Made by a program: the position numbers and the translations under genes
From: Polyangiales bacterium
Lineage (GTDB): Bacteria; Myxococcota_A; Polyangia; Polyangiales; Houyiibacteriaceae
Assembly: GCA_045106895.1 (NCBI GenBank)
Contig: JBGCFM010000060.1
Coordinates: 1 to 24,007 of the forward strand
DNA length: 24,007 bases
Direction of reading: 5' to 3'
Part shown: piece after piece, positions 17,735 through 24,007 of the stretch
Position numbering within the stretch: the first letter of the stretch is position 1
How the letters are laid out: each line of letters starts with the position of its first letter
The notes under the pieces: model-generated
Seen by the model: the letters and a program-made list of their open reading frames with translations, nothing else
The model's database searches: none
Told to the model about the DNA's origin: nothing

Positions 17735-18496
17735 TCACTTTTTTCGGCTCAAGAACGCCTTCACCGCGGTGAGGTTCTCGTCACATCCATAGCGGCGGGC
17801 GAGGACTTCGTCCTCCGCAGCGAGGGCTTCCTCGAAGGTCACATCGGCGCCATAGTTCAGGAGTCGCTTCGCATCGAGGACCGCCGTGGGCGTGCCGAGC
17901 AGGACGTCGGCGGCGACAGCGATGACCTCCTCAAGAAGGTTCTCTGCGTCGAATACACGCGTCGCGAGCCCCCACCGCTCCGCCGTCGTCGCGTCGATGT
18001 TGCGAGCCGTATAGAGCATCTCCGCCATCCGTGACTTCCCGATGAGCGCGGAGAGGGCCTTTGAGCTGCCGAACTCTTGGACAAGCCCAAGTCGGACGAA
18101 AGGCAGCATGAAGCTCGCCCGATCCGACACATACACGCCGTCGAAGAAGGGCAGCATGGTCACCGCCATCCCCACCGCGACGCCTTGGACAGCAGCGAAG
18201 ATCGGTTTCGGAAAGGCACGAATCGCGTGAGGCAGCGCATCCACAACCTTCGCCTCGGGTGCAGGCCCCGCCGCCATGGCTGCGAAGAGCGACACGTCGG
18301 CGCCTGCGGAAAAAGCGCTCCCGGCGCCGGTGAGGATCACAACGCGCACTTCGTCCGTCTCCGCCGCGTGGGTGAGGGCCTCTTGAATCCGCGTGGCGAG
18401 ATCGACGTTGAAGGCGTTCTTCGACGCTGGCCGGTTCATCGTGAGAACCTGGATGGGACCGTGGTTGGCGACGTGTAGGCTCGATTCAGCGCTCAT
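17735..18496 (-). CDS. Crotonase-family protein, likely Delta3,Delta2-enoyl-CoA isomerase (ECI2-like)
   Basis: MNRPASKNAF, VILTGAGSAFSAGAD, FPKPIFAAVQGVAVG and LPFVRLGLVQEFGSS. Confidence 0.9.
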   Translation of the reverse strand: MSAESSLHVANHGPIQVLTMNRPASKNAFNVDLATRIQEALTHAAETDEVRVVILTGAGSAFSAGADVSLFAAMAAGPAPEAKVVDALPHAIRAFPKPIFAAVQGVAVGMAVTMLPFFDGVYVSDRASFMLPFVRLGLVQEFGSSKALSALIGKSRMAEMLYTARNIDATTAERWGLATRVFDAENLLEEVIAVAADVLLGTPTAVLDAKRLLNYGADVTFEEALAAEDEVLARRYGCDENLTAVKAFLSRKK

Positions 18497-18582
18497 CGCG
18501 CGAGGGTAGAGCACATCGCCGGCGGGCGCACGACGGCGCGCCGGACCCTAGGACCACGTGCTCCCTTCTGCTACGACAACGT

Positions 18583-19308
18583 GTGGATCCCGCATCCGTC
18601 GCCATGTTCTCGGCCGTCACGGTCTTCGCGGCCTTTGTGCAGGCGACGTTTGGCTTCGGCTTCGCGATTGTCTCGGTGCCGATATTGACGTTGATCGATC
18701 CCTCGTGGACGCCCGTGCCTCAGCTCTATGCGTCCGTGGTGCTTTGCGTGATGGTGTTTGTTCGTGAGCGCGAACATGCAGACTGGCGCGCCGTTCGCTG
18801 GACGAGCGTGGGCCGCATTCCGGGAAATGCCGCCGGCGCGCTGCTCTTGCTCGTCGCCGTACAGGCGATGCTCGACGTCACCGTGGGTAGCCTTGTGCTC
18901 ATCGCCGTCGTCATCGTGGGCTTCGGCCGGCCGATTCGGCGCTCCCCCGTGAGCGAGTTCATCGCTGGGGCGGCGTCCAGCGCCGGAGCCGTGGTCGCGG
19001 CCATCGGCGGCCCGCCCATCGCCCTACTCTACAAAGATGAAAAAGGGGCCGTGGCTCGAGCGAGCCTCGCGCTCATCGCCCTCGTCGGAAATATCATGGC
19101 CATCGGAATTCGAATCATCGTCGAACCCTTCGATTCTGCCCCGCTTATGCTCGGGTTACTGGCCATTCCATCCGTAGCAGTGGGTGTGTTCTTTAGTCGA
19201 TTTGCTCACGCCGCCGTCGAGGGAGTCTGGCTTCGCCGGGTGATACTCTTCTTGTGTGCCATCAGCGGGCTGAGTCTGCTCGCCCGCGGGATCCTCACGT
19301 GGGCGTGA
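18583..19308 (+). CDS. TauE/SafE (TSUP) family membrane transporter
   Basis: AAFVQATFGFGFAIVSVPIL, GRIPG and AIGGPPIALLY; about 8 hydrophobic helices. Confidence 0.88.
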   Translation: MDPASVAMFSAVTVFAAFVQATFGFGFAIVSVPILTLIDPSWTPVPQLYASVVLCVMVFVREREHADWRAVRWTSVGRIPGNAAGALLLLVAVQAMLDVTVGSLVLIAVVIVGFGRPIRRSPVSEFIAGAASSAGAVVAAIGGPPIALLYKDEKGAVARASLALIALVGNIMAIGIRIIVEPFDSAPLMLGLLAIPSVAVGVFFSRFAHAAVEGVWLRRVILFLCAISGLSLLARGILTWA

Positions 19309-20915
19309 ATAGGCGCCTCGGCCTCGTCGTTGGCGCGCTGATCATGGCGGCAATCGCTTTCGCGACACGGCAAGACGGTCTGCTGCCCGATGACTGGACT
19401 CCGCGCCCGAGAGCCGTCACGGGGGAAGAGGATGCCCCGGAACAGACGGTAGACGAGGTCGACGAAGACGCCGACGAAGAGCCGCTCATCGCGCAGGCCC
19501 CGCAGCGTCACTCGGCGACGCCGCCGCACCGTGTTCATGGGCCGCCGCGCCTCGCCGAGGTTCAGAGCACAAACGAATCTGCCCATGGACGCATTAGCGG
19601 GGAAGTGAGAGACCACCTCACCGCCGCGCCCATTGCCAACGCGACGCTGACGTTTCGCCACGAGAACGAGGACTTCGAGACACACTCCGATGGCGAAGGT
19701 CGCTTTGGCTTTTCGACGCCGCGTGAGGGCGTCTTCGTGCTGGCTCACGCCGAAGCACCAGGGTACTTCCCGCTCACGCCTACCCTCGACGCGAGGATGA
19801 CGTTCCGTACCTCGGCGGCCCACAGCCTCGCGGCAGTTCAGCTTCGACTTCATGCCCTCACCCCCCTTCGGGTTTTCGTCCACGGCGTGGACGGAGCGTT
19901 GGTTTCTGCTCGAGTTCGGAGCGTCGGTGAGTCCACGCGCCACGCGTCGCACGCGGTCCACGATGTCCCCGACGGCAACGCCTTGGTGCCCGCTGCGGAA
20001 GGCACCACCCTCGAGGCGACGACGCTCGAACCACCGGCGGTGGGTCACGCTCGCGTCAACGAAGCCTCCATACGGTCGGCCCAGCTCCACGTTCATACGC
20101 GCCCGTTGGCCCCAAACGAGCTGGCGCTACGTGGTCAGGTGCTCTCGCTGCTCGGGAGCGAGCCCATCTCCCGCGTGCAGGTCGACGTAGAGAGTGAATC
20201 TGCGGCTGGAACGACACTCGTCGCTCGCCTAGTCACCGGAGCCGACGGTCACTTTTCGTGTTCGGCGACCGCGCCGGGTCCGTTCGTGCTGACGGCCCGC
20301 GCCGCCGGATTTGCGACGGAGTCTCGGACGCAAGTCACCCCCGCCGGCGAAGTGGTGCTCCTTCTCAGCGAAGAGGCGAGCATCGAAGGACGCGTTGTCG
20401 ATGAGGGAGGAGCCCCGGTTCCCTCGTTCGCGGTGTTCGTCGAAGCGCATGCAGGTACCTCAGAGCGACACTTGCGTGCGCGGAGCGATACCTTTGACGT
20501 GAACGGGGAGTTTCGCATCGGCGGCCTCTCGTCCGGCGACTACACAGTCAGCGTGGCTGCGTCCGGGTTTGCGCCGCTCACACGCGAGGTACGGCTCTCG
20601 CGAGGCGCGAGCGCTCGACCCGAAGATTTTCGCCTTCGCCGAGGCCAATCCCTCGAAGGCATCGTGCGAGGAGAAGACGATAGGCCCCTCGCCAACGTTC
20701 TTGTTCGCGTGGAGAACGCCATCGAGGGAACCGGCCTCCCTCTGAGCGCAGAGGTTCAGACCGACGATGAGGGGTTCTTTCGCGTCGAGGGGCTCAGCGC
20801 GGGTGAAGTACGACTCAGCTTGGCCCTCGCCGGACATCGGCCACAAACCATGACGGTGCGGACGAGCGACGCTCCCGTCGACGTCACCCTGAGCGAAATG
20901 GTCGACACGCTCTAG
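19305..20915 (+). CDS. Membrane-anchored or secreted protein with repeated carboxypeptidase-regulatory-like (transthyretin-like beta-sandwich) domains
   Basis: GTG 19305 overlaps the upstream stop (GTGA). A hydrophobic N-terminus is followed by at least four GxV...PxxxxxV...TxxxGxF...GxY/FxxxxxAxGF/Y modules. Confidence 0.85.
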   Translation: MNRRLGLVVGALIMAAIAFATRQDGLLPDDWTPRPRAVTGEEDAPEQTVDEVDEDADEEPLIAQAPQRHSATPPHRVHGPPRLAEVQSTNESAHGRISGEVRDHLTAAPIANATLTFRHENEDFETHSDGEGRFGFSTPREGVFVLAHAEAPGYFPLTPTLDARMTFRTSAAHSLAAVQLRLHALTPLRVFVHGVDGALVSARVRSVGESTRHASHAVHDVPDGNALVPAAEGTTLEATTLEPPAVGHARVNEASIRSAQLHVHTRPLAPNELALRGQVLSLLGSEPISRVQVDVESESAAGTTLVARLVTGADGHFSCSATAPGPFVLTARAAGFATESRTQVTPAGEVVLLLSEEASIEGRVVDEGGAPVPSFAVFVEAHAGTSERHLRARSDTFDVNGEFRIGGLSSGDYTVSVAASGFAPLTREVRLSRGASARPEDFRLRRGQSLEGIVRGEDDRPLANVLVRVENAIEGTGLPLSAEVQTDDEGFFRVEGLSAGEVRLSLALAGHRPQTMTVRTSDAPVDVTLSEMVDTL

Positions 20916-20957
20916 TCACAAACGTGCGCGAGAGCCGCATGGCACCTAGGATGAGGT

Positions 20958-22085
20958 GTGGCGTCCCTGCCGAAACTGTGTGCCCTTGCTCTTGGAGTCC
21001 TCTCACTAGGATGTGGTGAGCCGTCCGCTGACCCCGTTCGAACGGCGGAACCTTCGCCCGCTGGGGCAGAGGCGTTAGAGGAGCTAGCGCAGGAAGAAGC
21101 GTCGCCGGCTGAAGCGTCCATGGAGCTGGCGCCCGTCGTGCCCCCCGAACCCGAAGCACCTCCGCTGAGCGAAGAGCTCGCCGCCCTCTTGGCCCCGGAC
21201 GCAGAACTCAGCCGAAGCGTTGGAGGCCCCAACGACGGCCGGGTGGAAGCCGCCGTCGCGATGCCAGATAGCGGACCCGGCTTTCGTTACAATGCGCGCC
21301 GGCCAAACGAGGCCCGATATGGCACCGGCCGAATGGTGCGGGCGCTCATTCGTGCGGCGATGCGGGTTCACGAAGAGATGGGCGGCGAGGTGACATTCAA
21401 CGACTTGGGCCTGGTTGAGGGTGGGCCGATTCCGCATCACGGCTCGCACCGCGCGGGCCGTGACGTCGATGTTCTCTTCTACCTTCTGGACGAGAACGAC
21501 GAGCCTCACGCCGGCGTCGGCGCGTTCGTGGACCCTACGGGGCATTGCGTGGATTTCGGCGACCTCCGCGATCGTGAGGACGACGTGCTCTTACATGTCG
21601 ATGTGCCGCGCACCTGGGCCTACGTCGAAGCGTTAGTGGAGACATCCGCCGAGGAAGGCATTCCGCTCCAGCGGATCTTCCTCGTCGAGCATGTACGAAC
21701 GATGCTCTTGGACTACGCGCGAGAAAATGGGGGAGACGCCCACGCCATCGAGCGCTTCGAGATGCTGTCTTGTCAGCCAGGAGCCCCACACGACGACCAC
21801 TTTCACTTTCGCTTCTTCTGCCCAGTGGACGATATTGGCCGTTCGCGCTCGGAGCGATGTACCGACGCACGACCCCACTACCCATGGCGAATCGAAGAGG
21901 TTGAAGCTCTCGGGAGCCGAGTGATTCACCATACTCCGCGGCGCGATCGCCCGATGGCCCCCATCACGACGCCAGCCCAGGCGCGCCGGGCCGTTGGCCC
22001 CATGGCGCCCGAACCGCGGGAGTGGCTTCGGCGGCGTCGAGCCTGGCAGTCGAAGCCGCACCCCCGCCGAGAATGGTGTCGTTAG
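20958..22085 (+). CDS. Penicillin-insensitive murein endopeptidase (MepA-like, LAS-type Zn peptidase) lipoprotein
   Basis: Signal ending SLGC, SVGGPNDGRV, RYGT, DLG..GG...HGSHRAGRDVD and HDDHFHFR. Confidence 0.88.
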   Translation: MASLPKLCALALGVLSLGCGEPSADPVRTAEPSPAGAEALEELAQEEASPAEASMELAPVVPPEPEAPPLSEELAALLAPDAELSRSVGGPNDGRVEAAVAMPDSGPGFRYNARRPNEARYGTGRMVRALIRAAMRVHEEMGGEVTFNDLGLVEGGPIPHHGSHRAGRDVDVLFYLLDENDEPHAGVGAFVDPTGHCVDFGDLRDREDDVLLHVDVPRTWAYVEALVETSAEEGIPLQRIFLVEHVRTMLLDYARENGGDAHAIERFEMLSCQPGAPHDDHFHFRFFCPVDDIGRSRSERCTDARPHYPWRIEEVEALGSRVIHHTPRRDRPMAPITTPAQARRAVGPMAPEPREWLRRRRAWQSKPHPRREWCR

Positions 22086-22144
22086 TGTCGCGCCTGCGTC
22101 GGCGCGACTAGGAAGATAGCCCTAGAATGCGCTAACCTGGGCCG

Positions 22145-23902
22145 GTGCGACTTCTTGCTTTGATATTGGTGCTGCTCAGCGCTTGCTCCGTGGACCACAC
22201 GGGTCTTGTTCCGGAAATGGACGCCTCGGTTGGGCCCGCCTGCACCAACGCGACAGATTGCATCACCAGCGACCCTTGCGCCACTCCCGCTTGCAACGAC
22301 GGGGTGTGCAGTTTTGCCGGGTGTGATTTCGGATTGGTCTGTGACGGAACGAGCTGTGTTCCCCGAAGCTCGTGCGATCCCGATCTGTGCGAGGCGGATG
22401 GTGCGAACCCTGCACGCTGTGCCATCGGCGAATGCCGAGGAGACCTCTGTGCGAGTGTGGTCACCTGCGACGAAAATTCACTCTGCTGCAACGAGGGGTG
22501 CGTGGACTGTCCCGTGGACGAAACCGAGCCATGTATGCAGCCAGCATGCGACGGTTCCTCCTGCGGCAAAGAGCCGCGTCCGGCGGGGACACCGTGCAGT
22601 GTCAACGGCAACTTTTGCGAGGGCTTCGGCACCTGCGACGATGTTGGTCAATGCACTGTAGGTCTCGAAAGATGCGGACAGGAGTGCGACGAAGAAACCG
22701 ACACCTGTGTAGGCTGTCTCGAAGACACGGATTGTCCTCCGATTGTGACAAACAACAACTGTCCTGCTGAACTTGGCGACAACTGCACGGCGATGGTCAC
22801 GCCGAGACGCACGGTGTTCACGTGCGGCGCTGACCGCAGGTGTGTGGAGGGACCCACGACGAATGACCCCGTGATTCGCTGCAATCGGGACAACGGAGTG
22901 ACATGCGCCGAGTCGACGTCTCCAGGGTTCGGTCCCTGTGAGTATGGAAGTGAGTGTGTACTCACTGGGGTCGCCCGTCAGAACCGCTCAGACTTTACCT
23001 GTGAGGGCGGAAGAGAAACGCCCTTTGTCGCCGCCGCATGCACGGAGACCCTCGTGCCCCTTGAGGAGCGAGACAGCTGCGACCGTATGACGGATGGACG
23101 TACATGCTCTGCGCCCCCGGCGGATCAAGAACAAGGTTCATGTGACTACACGGGAATGTGCGACGAGAGCGCCACGCGCCCTGTGACGACCTACGCCTCC
23201 TCCTGTGATTCCGGGGCCTGCGATCCGCGGGGCAGCACGGTTGCGCCGTTCATGCGCGCTTGCAATCGCGACCGAGACGGCAACGCATGCAACGGCGGCG
23301 ACGAAATAGGCGACTGGTCGGCATGCGTCTTCACGAACCCAATGGACTGCTCTGGAAATCGAACGAGAACGATAACCCGTCGCATGTGCGGAAGTGATAC
23401 GTGCCAGGAGGCGACGGAGACGGAGTCAGAACCCTGCGCTAGACCGAACGCCGACATGGTGCCGTGCGGGGCCATCGGCGCCTGCGTTGTAGACGCGGAT
23501 TCGGGGAACGTCTGCATCGGTGAACAATCGACACCTATCTGTGTTGACGGTATGTGCGAGATGGACACCACCGTGCCGTGTGACCTCATCGGAGAGATGT
23601 GCGCGCCCGACGAAGACGGGACTTGTGTTCCCAACGCCGACGAATGCATGGGAGACCGAATCCCCGTTACCTACGCATGTGCGGCGGGCGGCGTCTGTGA
23701 ACCTTCGAACCACATGCCCGTTACCTGTTTGCTAACAGGAACCCCATGCGGGGATGACACCGTGTGCACCGGGGGCACCTGCAATGGTGGTACGTGCGAC
23801 CGAGCCGTGGACTGCGACGCGATGGATGCATGCATGCCCTGCATGGGCATGGGCTCGCCGACGTGCAGCTGCAACGGAGCGAACGCGTGCGAATGCCTCT
23901 GA
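22145..23902 (+). CDS. Cysteine-rich lipoprotein with tandem disulfide repeats
   Basis: Signal MRLLALILVLLSAC (canonical lipobox). Manual count gives 77 Cys in 585 aa. Confidence 0.88.
   Translation: MRLLALILVLLSACSVDHTGLVPEMDASVGPACTNATDCITSDPCATPACNDGVCSFAGCDFGLVCDGTSCVPRSSCDPDLCEADGANPARCAIGECRGDLCASVVTCDENSLCCNEGCVDCPVDETEPCMQPACDGSSCGKEPRPAGTPCSVNGNFCEGFGTCDDVGQCTVGLERCGQECDEETDTCVGCLEDTDCPPIVTNNNCPAELGDNCTAMVTPRRTVFTCGADRRCVEGPTTNDPVIRCNRDNGVTCAESTSPGFGPCEYGSECVLTGVARQNRSDFTCEGGRETPFVAAACTETLVPLEERDSCDRMTDGRTCSAPPADQEQGSCDYTGMCDESATRPVTTYASSCDSGACDPRGSTVAPFMRACNRDRDGNACNGGDEIGDWSACVFTNPMDCSGNRTRTITRRMCGSDTCQEATETESEPCARPNADMVPCGAIGACVVDADSGNVCIGEQSTPICVDGMCEMDTTVPCDLIGEMCAPDEDGTCVPNADECMGDRIPVTYACAAGGVCEPSNHMPVTCLLTGTPCGDDTVCTGGTCNGGTCDRAVDCDAMDACMPCMGMGSPTCSCNGANACECL
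22760..23749 (+). repeat. Six degenerate protein-level repeats of 6 Cys each, thrombospondin type-1-like
   Basis: Cys 32-67 of the protein fall into six units, several ending C-[ND]R-x2-3-G-x2-C. One unit reads GDWSAC...C.G.RTRTITRRMC. Confidence 0.6.
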
Positions 23903-23908
23903 CCCGAC

Positions 23909-24007
23909 TCAGCGCCCGATGACCGCGCGTACGCCTGCGCCGTAGAAGGGCGCGTAGGAGAACACGGCGTCGGCGTTTCCTGGAACATCCAGGACGTCCA
24001 CGCCTGC
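23909..24007 (-). CDS. 3' end of a gene entering from beyond the window, possibly an outer-membrane beta-barrel C-terminus
   Basis: The minus frame from 24007 reads AGVDVLDVPGNADAVFSYAPFYGAGVRAVIGR-stop (TGA at 23909-23911). The end alternates like a beta strand and the gene is convergent with the Cys-rich gene. Confidence 0.5.
   Translation of the reverse strand, partial: AGVDVLDVPGNADAVFSYAPFYGAGVRAVIGR

Overview
GC-rich, gene-dense bacterial window. It is probably from Myxococcota (Polyangiales/Sandaracinaceae-like), inferred from the eukaryotic-type Ser/Thr kinase, Cys-rich lipoproteins and sterol and ether-lipid enzymes. About 23 CDS are supportable: central carbon genes (partial zwf, mdh, sucC, sucD, pfkA), housekeeping genes (xerD, upp, an RluA-type pseudouridine synthase), lipid genes (alkyl-DHAP synthase-like oxidoreductase, chalcone-isomerase-fold protein, CYP51-ferredoxin fusion followed by an Rv0762c-like NTF2 protein, enoyl-CoA isomerase) and envelope genes. 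Three things stand out. (1) A membrane Ser/Thr kinase overlaps by one base a putative lipoprotein that carries a paralogous copy of the kinase's extracytoplasmic domain, which I do not recognise and which is internally duplicated. (2) A fused CYP51-[3Fe-4S] ferredoxin keeps the cyp51-fdx-Rv0762c gene order known from mycobacteria. (3) A 77-Cys lipoprotein has six tandem 6-Cys thrombospondin-like repeats. I saw no rRNA, tRNA, CRISPR array or IS element. All family assignments come from motif recognition and recall; no database searches were run.
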